Assembly (NCBI GenBank): GCA_964016885.1
Contig: OZ024743.1
Location: forward strand, 371,504,001-371,568,000
Direction of reading: 5' to 3'
Source of the DNA: Eledone cirrhosa
Lineage: Eukaryota
Length of the DNA stretch: 64,000 nt
Shown piece by piece: positions 1 through 12,883 of the stretch. The notes beneath the pieces are model-generated. The model saw nothing but the letters and a program-made list of their open reading frames with translations, did not search any database and had not been told where the DNA came from. Within the stretch, counting starts at the first letter, position 1; every line of letters begins with the position of its first letter. Both the position numbers and the translations under genes were made by a program.

Positions 1-912
1 ATTTTAAAGACCATAAAGGAAATTTCGAAGAGGACTTGCCTGTTAGACTTATCGCACCTTCTAAGTCAGACATTGGAATAATTAGTAAAAACATAATAGA
101 GAGAATTTTGCCAACATTAAAATTGAGGTCAAGGCTTAACTTATGGAAGGACACTAGTGAAGTCATAGATTGGTTTAGGAACATTGAAAATAAGAAAAAT
201 CATAAATTTATTCAAATGGACATAGCGAGCTAATTGAATAAGGCATATAAACACACTGATCTATCTAGTGAGGAGATTAATATTATTTTAACGGCTAGGC
301 GAACCTTGATTAACTTTAATAATGATTTTTTGGACTCGTTCGGATAGACAGAAGAATTTCGACATTACCATGGGATCGTCCGACTCTGCGCAAGTTACCG
401 ATCTTCTGGGAATTTTTATCCTTAATATGATAAATAGAAAACTGCCGGAGATTACCGGTGGTTTATATAGAGATGATATATTATTTACTGTAGTTAAACA
501 TAGCAATAGTGAATTAAATAGAGTAAAGAAAATAATTATAGAATTCTTTAAAAATTACGACCTGAAATTAGAAGTAGAAAGTAACAGTAAAATAGTTAAC
601 TTCCTAGACGTAACCCTTAATTTAAACTCAGGCCTATACTACCCCTTCCATAAACCCAATGAAAACCTAAACTATGTTAGTTTTTATTCTAATCATCCTA
701 AATGTGTTAAAAATGCAATAGTCAATAGTGTTCAACAACGTTTAACTAGATTATCTGCTAACAAATCCATTTTTATTAGTAAAGCTGGATATTATAATGA
801 AGCGTTACATAAAACAGGATATAAAAATAATATTGAATATGTAGAAAATAATAATTGTAATTATAAACAAAATATTCATAATAATAGGAATAATATAAAT
901 AAAACTGACTGT

Positions 913-1032
913 AAAAATAAAAATAAAAATAAAAATAAAAATAAAAATAAAAATAAAAATAAAAATAAAAATAAAAATAAAAATAAAAATAAAAATAAAA
1001 ATAAAAATAAAAATAAAAATAAAAATAAAAAT
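913..1032 (+). repeat. (AAAAAT)n hexamer microsatellite inside the PLE RT-EN linker (KN repeat)
   Basis: About 20 perfect AAAAAT units, in frame in ORF 322-1080. Confidence 0.95.
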
Positions 1033-1551
1033 ATAAATAAAAATAGCAATTTCGAGAATAAATCAGTGAAAAAAAATTAGAACTAGATCTATTATTTGGT
1101 ATGCACCACCAGCATCTTTAGCTATTAAAACACCTTTAACACATTTATTTTTTAAAGCCTTGGATAAATGTTTCCCTAGAACACATAAATATTACTCTAA
1201 CTTCAATAAACACACAGTTAAACTCTCTTACTCAACAACTATGAATATGGCTAAAAATATTGCAAAAATAAATAGCAGAATTCTTAGTTCTAACCAACAT
1301 ATAATTAGCGATAATGACAATAATAATAATAATACTATGGTTATTGAGAATAACAATAACAATAATTTAAGCACATATAGTAGAACACCTACAAATATTA
1401 ACAATGATAACGCGAACAGTTTAGATTATAGAAATAACATGAAATCGAACTGTAACTGTAGAAGGAAATCTGAATGCCCTTTGCAAAATAACTGCCTAGA
1501 TAAGAATTTAGTATATAAATGTACCATTAAAGCAAATAATAATATTTGTGT

Positions 1552-1710
1552 CTACTTTAGGCACAAGGCCAGCAATTACCCAGTTCATTACTGGTACTTT
1601 ATTTTATCGACCCTGTAAGGATGAAAGGCAAAGTCAACCTCGGCACTTCATTTGAAACCAGAATGAAGCGGACTGTAAAGCAGTGAATAAGATGCTTTAC
1701 AGTCCTCTAC
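1552..1710 (-). mobile_element. Nin/Deu-domain SINE, partial, inserted in the PLE endonuclease
   Basis: Reverse complement of the SINE body at 12690-12880 (gactttgcctttcatcctta..gtcgataaaataaagtaccag..ggccttgtgcc). Confidence 0.85.
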
Positions 1711-1715
1711 GTTAA

Positions 1716-2242
1716 CCCTTTAGCATTTAAACCGATCGTAACCGGCCAGAATTCTCTCGCCTCATACTGATGTTAAGGTATTGTTTTCAAAATATATAAC
1801 ATCAAAATCACACAGATTTGATATTATGTGAGATAATTACATAAGATAAAGCCTTTACCGTGAAAATACAATAGTATATATCGAGTAATGTAAATGTTAT
1901 GTGAGGTAAAGTCTTTACCATGAAAATACAATAGTATATATCGAGTAATGTAAATGTTATGTGAGGTAAAGTCTTTACCATGAAAATACAATAGTATATA
2001 TAGAGTAATGTAAATGTTATGTGAGGTAAAGTCTTTACCATGAAAATACAATAGTATATATAGAGTAATGTAAATGTTATGTGAGGTAAAGTCTTTACCA
2101 TGAAAATACAATAGTATATATAGAGTAATGTAAATGTTATGTGAGGTAAAGTCTTTACCATGAAAATACAATAGTATATATAGAGTAATGTAAATGTTAT
2201 GTGAGGTAAAGTCTTTACCATGAAAATACAATAGTATATATA
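1716..2242 (+). mobile_element. piggyBac-type MITE with tandemly amplified 60-bp subterminal unit; right TIR missing
   Basis: Starts TTAA|CCCTTTAGC and is homologous to the complete MITE at 42296-42515. About 6.5 near-identical 60-bp units at ~1846-2242. Confidence 0.8.
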
Positions 2243-3170
2243 TTACTTATAACTACATAGGTGCAACTTCATCGAACTTTAAACTGAGATTTTCCAATCA
2301 TAAACATTCTTTTTCTAATCCAGGAAAAAAGATTTTCTACTTCTATGGTATTTAAAAGAGAAAAATATAAAATACTCAATCTCTTGGACTAAACTTCGAA
2401 ACTGTGAAGCATATCGGAATAATTCCATCTCACCTAACTGCAATCTTTGCAATCTAGAGACTCTATTAATAATTGCTAATTATGGTAATTTAATTAATAA
2501 AAAAAGTGAATTATTTTCAAATTGCCTCCATAAGTCTACAAAAACATTTCAAGCATCATATAAATTTAGGAAGAAACATTGACTGAGTGAGAAAAGATAT
2601 TGACTCTTATTAATAATTCTTGTAATCCTATTATCATTGTTATTATGGTTATTATTGGTATTATGTATAATGTTCTACCTCACCTTAGGAAATGCATATC
2701 GGTTCTTTTATAGAGTAGGTTAATCTCTTGATTGATTAAATACCTTTAGTTTGAGTTTGAATCCTCTTTTTAAGACTTGAATTTTCTAAATTTGTGATCT
2801 GTAATATCTTCAGGCTTTCAAACCGTTTAATTAATTTAAACGTTTAGATACGTCGTACGGAACTATTGTTTACATTTATCGTGTATAAGTTTCGTTTATC
2901 CAAATTGATTAATAATCTGTATTTAACTTGATCTATAGTATTGAATAGAGTAAGATTTGGTTGAATCGAAATAATAATACTCTCAAGAGTAATTATAACT
3001 AATAATTAATCCTATATGTAATTGACAAATATTGATTTAAATAGTATTGTTTATAATATTTATATTTCTAAACATTATATAAAATGCATATACAGATGCT
3101 AATATCCAAGTAAATTAAGTTAATTACTCGTATACTTATTTACTATATTTGTAAGCATCATTGTTAGTTA

Positions 3171-3361
3171 ATAATTGTTTCTACTTTTGGCACAAGGCCA
3201 GCAATTATCCAGTGCATTACTGGTACTTTATTTTATCGACCCCGTAAGGATGAAAGGCAAAGTTGACCTCGGTGGGGTTTGAACTCAGAATGGAAAGGGC
3301 CGTAACTCTATGCGTCAAAGCATGGTGTCCGACCCTCTACCGATACTGCCAATCCACCGCC
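3171..3361 (-). mobile_element. Full-length tRNA-derived Nin/Deu-domain SINE
   Basis: On the minus strand: GGCGGTGGATTGGCAGTATCGG (A-box region), GAGTTCAAACC (B box), Nin core gcctttcatcc..ggtcgataaaa, tail agaaacaatta. Confidence 0.9.
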
Positions 3362-3373
3362 CTTTGTTAGTTA

Positions 3374-3527
3374 ATAATTGTTTCTACTTTTGGCACAAGG
3401 CCAGCAATTACCCAGTGCATTACTGGTACTTTATTTTATCGACCCCCGTAAGGATGAAAGGTAAAGTCAACCTCGGCGGGATTTGAACTCAGATCGTAAA
3501 GGGACGTAACTATGCTGGAAAGCGTCC
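3374..3527 (-). mobile_element. Second SINE copy (different subfamily, 5'-truncated) in tandem with the first
   Basis: Same tail, core and B box. The head region (aaagggacgtaac) matches the copy at 47099-47260. Flanked by ttgttagttaataat. Confidence 0.85.
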
Positions 3528-3588
3528 TTTGTTAGTTAATAATGTTTCTAACTTTGAATTTTATAACTAAATTATTGAATGTATTTAT

Positions 3589-6500
3589 TGCGGTGGCCGG
3601 AAGCTGGAGAGTGCTCGACCGGAAGGGTGCTTGACCGGAAGGGTGCTTGGCCGGAAGGGTGCTCGACCGGAAGGGCCAGCAGGTCGGCCTCTCTCTAGCG
3701 GTGACGAGGAACGTGGTGGACGCGAGTTTGGCAGCTACCGGTGTTAATGATTTGGATCGTACGCACGTGGAAGAGGAGAACCCAGCGATAGGATCTAGCC
3801 GCGCCTGTGAAAAGCGGTAAGTGAGGTAGCTTTTTCTAACCACAAGCTATTTCGGCACTGGAAACTGAAATCTGATAAAAAAAAAAATAACCTTTCTCGA
3901 AAACAAAGCTACTGGAAAAACAGAGAGGAGTCTGTTGTTTTTTTTTTTATTACGTACCGCAAGACAAATTAGGATGGTGATGAGACTACGAACGAGCGAA
4001 GCGATTAGGGCATTTACCGGTGAAGGCGATGTTGTCGCTTGGCTGCGAAAAGCCCGGCTGGTCGCAAGCTTACAGAAGATTGAAGATGTGGCTGGCCTCA
4101 TGGCACTGTACCTCGAGGGGGACACGTTGGTACTCTTCCTTGAAATGGATGAACACAGCCAAAAGGATGTGCAAAAGATCGAGAGCCGCATGATGGAAGC
4201 GTTTGCGGAGGGACCGTTAGCCGCTTTTGTTAAGCTGGCAAGAATTAGATGAAACGATGAACGCGTTGACATTTTCGCAGCGGAAATACGGCGACTGGCC
4301 ATGTTGGCTGGATATCAGGCGGAATGCGAACTCACGGTGCGGTTGGCGTTCATAAATGGATTTCCAGACGACATAGCGGTGAAACTACAGCAAGTCCGGG
4401 GTTACAAAGAAATGGAGATGCGTGCACTGGTGGAGCAAGCCTACATCATAGCAGAAGATGCCAAGAAGAGTCGCGGTGATGGCAACTACAGAGGCCCAAG
4501 ACAGCTGGCAGCGAAATGGTGAAAGGGAGATAACCACGGCACGCGGTCGCCCGCGAACGTTTAGAGGTCGCTGTTTTAGGTGCCAGGGCCCGCACATGGC
4601 GAGAGACTGTAGAGAGTCAAGGCCGGAATTAATATGCTACCGGTGTAAGCGACCAGGCCACATCGCTACTAACTGCGACCAGGGAAACGATCCAAGGGGA
4701 ACTACTGCGCCGGTAGTTGCCCCTTACGAGTAGAGGCGCTGCCCGTGGTGGAAGTCTTCATGAGGGGAAAGCCACAGTGAGCCCTCGTGGACACGGGCTG
4801 TACGACGATACTGGTGACCGCGGGGGTGGCGCAGAGGTGGAGAGGGAAGAGCAGCGTAAGGGCAGTCGACGGTAGGAAAATTGGATGCCGAGGTCGCAGC
4901 GAAGTGGAAATGGCGGTACGGGGAAAGAAAATAAGGCTTTCTGCCACCGTAGTCGACAACGTGGTGGATGGGATCGGCGTGGTTATGGACATAGACGCAA
5001 TTGGCCGTCTAGGAGGCGTCACAGTGAACAACGTCGGTGTGTCTTTTGGCGGCGCCTCATCGGTATGCGCTGTGAGTACGCGACAGGAGAACCAGAAGGC
5101 CCACGAGGAGAAATACCCCGCTTACACTGTGCAGGACAAAGACTTCAAGGCCATGTTCGATGGGCAGAGATGGGTTGTTGAGTGGTACTGGAAGGGAGAA
5201 CCACCAACACTGAAGACCAAAGTGGGCTGCTATCAACACACATTGAAGGGAGACATTAGGAGCGAGAGGTAGGAAGATGGATTGAGGAGGGCATACTGCT
5301 TCCCTGGAAAGAGAAGGTGAAGTGCGGAGTATTGCCGTTAATGGCGGTGGCGCAACCCACGAAAAACAAGGTGAGGCCGGTACTGGACTTTCGGGAGCTG
5401 AACGAGCACGTGTCATGCCACACGGGTGGTGAGGTCACGGATGTCTGTGGGGAAACCCTGCGTGAGTGGAGGGAGACGCATGACGGGGGTTCCGCAATCG
5501 TAGATCTAAAGTCGGCATACTTGCAATTGCATACAGATGAGAAGCTCTGGCAGTATCAGCTGGTCAGGTATAAGGGCCGGACATATTGGCTGACCAGGCT
5601 CGGTTTCGGGCTGAGCTCCGCACCGAAGATCATGGCGGCGGTCCTCAAGACCCATCTAGGAAAAGCCGACAAGATGAAGATGACCACTAATTCCTACATT
5701 GACGACATCCTAGTGGACGTGTCTGTAGTGTCGGCGGCGGAGGTCACGAGCCATTTACAGGGGTATGCACTGGCTGCGAAGCCATCAGAAGCGTTGGAGG
5801 GAGGAGGCGCGCTGGGACTTAGGCTACGGCGAGACAGGACGGGCGTCTTAGTATTCCAGAGGGGAAATGAAGTTCCAGAACTGGGCCCAAGTATGAGTAG
5901 GCGGGAGCTTTTCTCGGTGTGTGGAAAGTTGGTGGGTCACTACCCGATTGCTGGGTGGCTCCGGACGGCATGCAGCTATATCAAGAGACGAGCGGGAGGG
6001 GTGACTTGGAGTGACAGAGTGGGAGAGAGGACGGTGGCCATGATGCAGGAGATTGTGGAGAGGGTGAAGACCGACGACCCAGTATGGGGACGCTGGTATG
6101 TTCCAAAATCGCAGAGCGGGACCGTATGGTGCGATGCCAGCAGCATAGCGCTGGGTGTCACGTTGGAGATAGGAGTTGTTGAGGTCGAGGATGCAGCCTG
6201 GCTTAGGAAGAAGGACGACTGCAACCACATCAATTGTGGCCGAACTGGACGCGGTGTTGAGAGGGGTGAACCGCGCCCTGAGGTGGGGACTGCGCACCAT
6301 CGAGATACGCACCGACTCGGATGGGTGAGATCAGTGCGAACGAGCGGGGCCATGTGGACGAACTGCTGATGGACAACAGCGCAGCGTTCCGCTCGGAGGC
6401 GCTGAGGGAGATGCTCGATGGATGGAAGGTGGACCGTTTCTTCAGAGCAGCGTACAGGCCGAGCGGAAATGGAATCGTGGAGCGACACCACCGGACGATC

Positions 6501-7228
6501 AAAATAATGGCGGAGCGGAGCCACATCTCAACAATGGAGGCAGTGTTCTGGTGCAACATGTCCCCTCGGGTGGGACAGGTTGAGGAATCGGTGCCACACA
6601 GAGCAGTATTCAGATACGAGTGGCGGCACCCGTGCACGCCACCACAACGGCCAGTGGGGAGAGAGAGTGCATTCGTGCAGGTGGGCGAAGAAGTCTGGGT
6701 TAAGCCTCCAGATGCACGTTGCACATCTCAATGGAGAAGGGGAACGGTGACGGCCGTAAATTCCCAGAACAATGTGTCCGTGGACGGAGTACCACATCAT
6801 GTCCTGGATGTCCGTAGAATCACTGTGTCAACGGACTCCGAGGAAGAGGAAACCCAAAGTGCCGCCCCAACACTGCGGAGATCGCAAAGAAGTCGCAAAC
6901 CACCAACCTGGACAGCAGACTTTCATATGCAGAAGGACGAGGGAGAAATTGATCCTTGAGATCAGGGGGGGGGGGTATGGGTATGGTGTGGTGTGCGGTA
7001 GCCGGAAGCTGGGGTGTGCTCGACCGGAAGAGTGCTTGGCCGGAAGGGTGCTCGACCGGAAGGGCCAGCAGGTCGGCCTCTCTCTAGCGGTGACGAGGAA
7101 CGTGGTGGACGCGAGTTTGGCAGCTCCCGGTGTTAATGAGTTGGACGCACGTGGAAGAGGAGAAACCAGCCATGGGATTTAGCGGCGCCTATGAAAAGCG
7201 GTAAGTGAGATAGCTTTTTCTAACCACA
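3589..7228 (+). mobile_element. Ty3/Gypsy-type LTR retrotransposon #1, degenerate
   Basis: LTRs 3589-3844 and 6994-7228 (TG..CA), 5-bp TSD TTTAT, G-run PPT 6964-6975. Gag with two CCHC knuckles, GGGAAAC at 4682-4688, protease ALVDTG, RT DLKSAY/YIDD, RNase H CDASS, integrase remnant MDNS..GNGIVER. Several stops and frameshifts. Confidence 0.93.
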
Positions 7229-7796
7229 TTTATTAATTTAACTATGCTCCAGATTATCATTGAACATATTTTATATTATTGTATATTGTTTTAATTTTGA
7301 TATAATATAATAGTATAATTTCTATCAAATACAATAGATTAAAAATTTCACAGTATTTAATTGATCGCTACTACCTAACTTAATATTTGAAAAAAAAACG
7401 GTCACGCATCATGTCCCTCTTTTCTTCCTTTCTTTTCCTTATGCAATTATATATTCTACCATCTCTATCTCCCTCTCTTTGCTTTTATCTTCATCTCCTT
7501 ATCTTTTCCCTTTCTCTTCTACTTAGCTCTCTCTCTCATTTGGTTTTTTTTCTCTAATACGGATATTTACATATTTAAATATTTAACATTTATGTACTTA
7601 TGTGTTTATGTAGTTATTTATTTTATTTATGTATTTATTTATTTTTTCTACACTTTCTCCTACTCACCCTCTCCATTATATTTAGTTTGTCATGTTAGTA
7701 CTTATGGTATATTAATATTGAGTTTTGTTGTAATTAATCACTGCCAAGACTGGAATTGAACCATCAGCACAGTTGAGGTATATCATACATCAATTT

Positions 7797-7868
7797 ATAT
7801 ATTTTATCTGATGAAGACGTACTGAAAAAACAGCACAGTACCTCCGAAATATATATAATAAAATATAT
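7797..7868 (+). ncRNA. Predicted minimal type I hammerhead ribozyme (PLE-associated)
   Basis: Stem I atatattttat/ataaaatatat, CTGATGA 7808-7814, stem II gtactg/cagtac, GAAA 7846-7849, palindromic TATATA in place of stem III, then TA cleavage site. The stem II closing pairs are imperfect. Confidence 0.7.
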
Positions 7869-8183
7869 TTTATTAATATTTTGAATTAATATATATATAT
7901 ATATTTGTTTTATTTTGTGCATTTGCTTACCACGTGTGTTTGTTTATTTATTTTTATTTGTGTTTTATCTTCTTTCGTATCGCTGTCAACTTGCTAATTT
8001 TTTATTTTTATATTTGACTTTATTTTTTACTGATTTATCTTGGCCAGTTGATGTGACTGCTTATTTTAGTATATGCGCATGGTCGAGTGTGTATATGTTT
8101 GTTTATTTATCTTTACTTATTTTTATAATTATGTGTGTGTGTGTATACATATGGATGTATGTGTGTGTGTATATATATATGTG

Positions 8184-8214
<31 letters not shown>

Positions 8215-8381
8215 TTGTGTATTTATGTGTATGTGTATGTACGTTTATATATATATATGTGTGTGTGTGTGTTTATATACTTATATATTTATAATCCTTT
8301 TTCTCTTCTTCCATGAGCCTCACTTTCATATTTCTTATATTTTTGTTTTCAAATCCACATGCAATAAAAACACCAGGATTT

Positions 8382-8441
8382 TTTCATTCTGACGACTGAA
8401 AGCAGATTTGTTTGCTTTCAAGAAACCACTGGTAAATGAAA
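8382..8441 (+). ncRNA. Predicted minimal type I hammerhead ribozyme
   Basis: Stem I tttcatt/aatgaaa, CTGACGA 8389-8395, stem II tgaaagca/tgctttca, GAAA 8422-8425, short stem III ccactgg, GTA triplet. Confidence 0.75.
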
Positions 8442-8537
8442 TAATTATCTTATGTTGTTTATTACATAACTAATAAGCTCTGTAACATACACAGAGCACT
8501 CTTTTTCCTGGACCTTTCCGACGGAATTACTTCATTT

Positions 8538-8570
<33 letters not shown>

Positions 8571-8573
<3 letters not shown>

Positions 8574-8696
8574 TTCATTTGGAAATAGCCCGTGAAATAC
8601 ATGTTATTATAGGCATATATATATGTATATATATATATATACACATATATATGCCTATAATAACACGTATTTCACGGGCTATTTCCAAATGAAATA
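8571..8696. repeat. Near-perfect ~50-bp foldback around a TA-rich spacer
   Basis: tatttcatttggaaatagcccgtgaaatacatgttattataggcat versus atgcctataataacacgtatttcacgggctatttccaaatgaaata (one mismatch seen). Confidence 0.9.
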
Positions 8697-8860
8697 TTTT
8701 CTCTATTCTGTTTTTTTTGGCTGTAATTCTTTTATTTGTATGCAATCCACACCTGATGATGTTGCCAGGATCTTACGTAACCAGGCCATTAAAATATACA
8801 TAGCGTTTTTGAAACAATAAAACTTTAAAGGAATATTACCAGTCCGGCCTCATATATATA

Positions 8861-9140
8861 TCATCATCGTCATCATCATCATTTTACGTCCGCTTTTCCC
8901 TGCTTGCAAGGGTTGGACGGGTCCTATTCAGCACACCATCTCTCCACTTGTCACGGTCCTTCGTCATCTCCACTGTGAGCTTCAGCGATCTGAGGTCTGC
9001 TCTCACCACCTCCGCCCATGTTTTTCGTGGTCTACCTCTACCACGTCTTCCTTCAACTGGCATTTCCTGGCACTTCTTCACCCATCGGTCATCCTCCATG
9101 CGCATCACATGTCCATACCATCGCAGTCTCCTCACCCGCA
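8861..9140 (-). mobile_element. RTE LINE 3' fragment
   Basis: RRLRWYGHVMRM..GRGRPRKTW C-terminal motif and (TGA)n tail. Confidence 0.88.
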
Positions 9141-9141
9141 C

Positions 9142-9213
<72 letters not shown>

Positions 9214-9303
9214 GTAATTCCGTCGGAAAAGTCCAGGAAAAAAGAGTGCTCTATGTAGGTAACAGAGCTTAATAGTTATGTAATAAACAACATAAGGCAA
9301 TTA

Positions 9304-9363
9304 TTCCATTTACCAGTGGTTTCTTAAAAGCAAAAAATTTTGCTTTCAATCATCAGAATGAAA
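9304..9363 (-). ncRNA. Predicted minimal type I hammerhead ribozyme (inverted paralog of 8382-8441)
   Basis: Minus strand reads tttcatt CTGATGA ttgaaagcaaaa..tttgcttttaa GAAA ccactgg TA aatggaa. Confidence 0.75.
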
Positions 9364-9439
9364 AATCCTGGTCTATTTATTGATATTGGATTCTAAAAAC
9401 AAAAATGCAATCTATATGAAAGTGAGGGTGAAGAAGGAA

Positions 9440-10980
<1,541 letters not shown>

Positions 10981-11236
10981 AAAAAGCCTGACCCTACGGC
11001 AGAGCTCAAGCCTTTTCTGAGGCTATTATATAAAAACACACAAAACCATTATATAAAAAAAATATTTTGGTATGTGAAGGGTAAGGCAAAAAAATGGGGG
11101 GGGGGAGGAGGGGGGAAAATGACATAGGAAAAGGTTAAATATAAGGGGAGATAAGGGAGAAAGAGAATACAAGAGTACAGAACGTGGATTCAGCATGTAA
11201 AAAAACCGTAGTAGAAGTAAAGAGCAGGGAAGGAGT

Positions 11237-11518
11237 TCAAGGCGGTTGAGTTATCATAGGAATGTCAATCCAGTTACAGATCAGATGTGATTTCAGATGA
11301 GGACAACATCTGAAGATCTCGGTCTTTGAGTTCAGGCAAGCAGAAGTGGCTTTCAAGTTTAGCAAAATCCTATATTTTTCTGTGGTACACAAAGAACAAT
11401 TCTTTGTGCCCCTTTGGTACTCCCTCGAATGGTCTAAAATAGACCAATCGATAGAGTACGGGATGTTATTATCCTTGAATTCCCAGACCTTACTTGCGAG
11501 GGCCGTTGTTGTTCGTTT
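11237..11518 (-). mobile_element. PLE GIY-YIG endonuclease C-terminal fragment
   Basis: TTALASKVWEFKD..YSIDWSIL..CSLCTTEKYRI..LNSKTEIFRCCPH, homologous to 2340-2560. Confidence 0.85.
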
Positions 11519-11615
11519 CAAGGCCAGCTATTACCCCAGTGTATTACTGGTACTTTATTTTATCAGTAATACACTGGGGTAATAGCTGGCCTTGTGCCAA
11601 AAGTAGAAACAATTA
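11519..11615. mobile_element. SINE 3' fragment folded back on itself (31-bp perfect inverted repeat)
   Basis: Arms 11519-11549 and 11564-11594 with a 14-nt spacer, followed by the SINE tail tgccaaaagtagaaacaatta. Confidence 0.88.
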
Positions 11616-11699
11616 TTTATTATTTAATAATAAATATAGTAAATAGAACATATATATAGCAACTGAAGCATTAATATATATATATATTTATATATGTAA

Positions 11700-12122
11700 A
11701 AGTTCTATTTAAATTGTTGGGATACAACAAGCAAATATTTTTATAACTGATATAAAGCACTCAACAAATAATTGGAGTAAAAATACGATATTAACATATC
11801 GTATACAAAAGGACATTTATAACGATCTTATATTAAAGGAATTAAGGAAGAAATACAAAGTAACAAATAATGACGACCTTGAAAAATTGAATACAGATGC
11901 CTCTTATATAATGCATGAACTAGGCATTGAAAATAAGACACAACCCTTCATGCCAAGGAAACCTAAAATTAATATGAAGGATCACAAAAGGAACTTTGAA
12001 ACTGATTTACCAGTCAGATTAATTGCACCATCTAAATCGGACCTTGGCAGACTTAGCAAGAATATTTTAGACAGAATAATACCACAAATTAAGAAATTAT
12101 CTTATTTAAAATTATGGAACGG
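11700..12122 (+). mobile_element. PLE RT N-terminal fragment
   Basis: KINMKDHKRNFETDLPVRLIAPSKSDLGRLSKNILD, homologous to positions 1-150. Confidence 0.85.
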
Positions 12123-12464
12123 AATAATATTTAACTATATGTGATAAAAGTATATTAGTATTAATATAAATAAATGAGTATGTTTAAGAATATATATAAA
12201 TAATTATGCTTCAGAATATTATTTCGGAGGTTAAAGGAAGGTAATTTAATGAGTTGAGCCGATGTTAGATTTACAAAGTAGATAATTATTTATCCAAATA
12301 ATATTGCTGGGTGCATATATTTGAATGAATATGTTAAGCAATTACCCTTATTTAAGTGTTATTATACATATAGCCTCTATATACGTGTGTGGTTTTTTTA
12401 ATAAAATTAGTCAATTATAATAATATAACTTGTTAATTCTGTATCATTATATGTTACAGTATAT

Positions 12465-12883
12465 GGCGGTGGATTGGCAGTATCGGTAGAGGGTCGGACG
12501 TCATGTTAGGGCGGTGGATTGGCAGTATCGGTAGAGGGTCGGACGTCATGTTAGGGCGGTGGATTGGCAGTATCGGTAGAGGGTCGGACGTCATGTTAGG
12601 GCGGTGGATTGGCAGTATCGGTAGAGGGTCGGACGTCATGTTAGGGCGGTGGATTGGCAGTATTGGTAGAGGGTCGGACGTCATGTTAGGGCGGTGGATT
12701 GGCAGTATCGGTAGAGGGTCGGACGTCATGCTTTGACGCATAGAAATACGGCCCTTTCCATTCTGAGTTCAAATCCCGCCGAGGTCAACTTTGCCTTTCA
12801 TCCTTACGGGGTCGATAAAATAAAGTACCAGTAATGTACTGGGTATTTGCTGGCCTTGTGCCAAAAGCAGGAACAATTATATT
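12465..12883 (+). mobile_element. Full-length SINE with its 5' 45 bp present in six tandem copies
   Basis: Units start at 12465, 12510, 12555, 12600, 12645 and 12690. B box GAGTTCAAATCC, Nin core, tail, and 11-bp TSD ttacagtatat (12454-12464 and 12884-12894). Confidence 0.93.

Larger units (their letters stand above)
1..2583 (+). mobile_element. Penelope-like retroelement (RT + GIY-YIG endonuclease), disrupted, running off the left edge of the window
   Basis: PLE RT motifs FKDHK..PVRLIAPSKS, IQMDI, FDITMGS, LYRDD, VNFLDVTL, SNHP (ORFs 36-233, 322-1080). CNCRRKSECPL..C..NLVYKC at 1450-1525. After an insertion the frame resumes near 2254 with YIGATSSNFKLRFSNHK...CNLC...NKKSELFSNCLHK. Stops and frameshifts present. 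Confidence 0.9.

Noticed and set aside
1808-2231. Repetitive ORFs / CRISPR-like periodicity
   Set aside because: Pure 60-bp tandem repeat with no unique spacers; the ORFs are a by-product.
3171-3361. tRNA gene
   Set aside because: A and B boxes are present, but it continues into the Nin core and tail and is multicopy; it is a SINE.
8750-8800. CTGATGA as a fourth hammerhead
   Set aside because: No GAAA or convincing stems follow; at most a decayed relic.
12465-12735. 45-bp array as a CRISPR array or coding repeat
   Set aside because: No spacers; the units are the SINE head.
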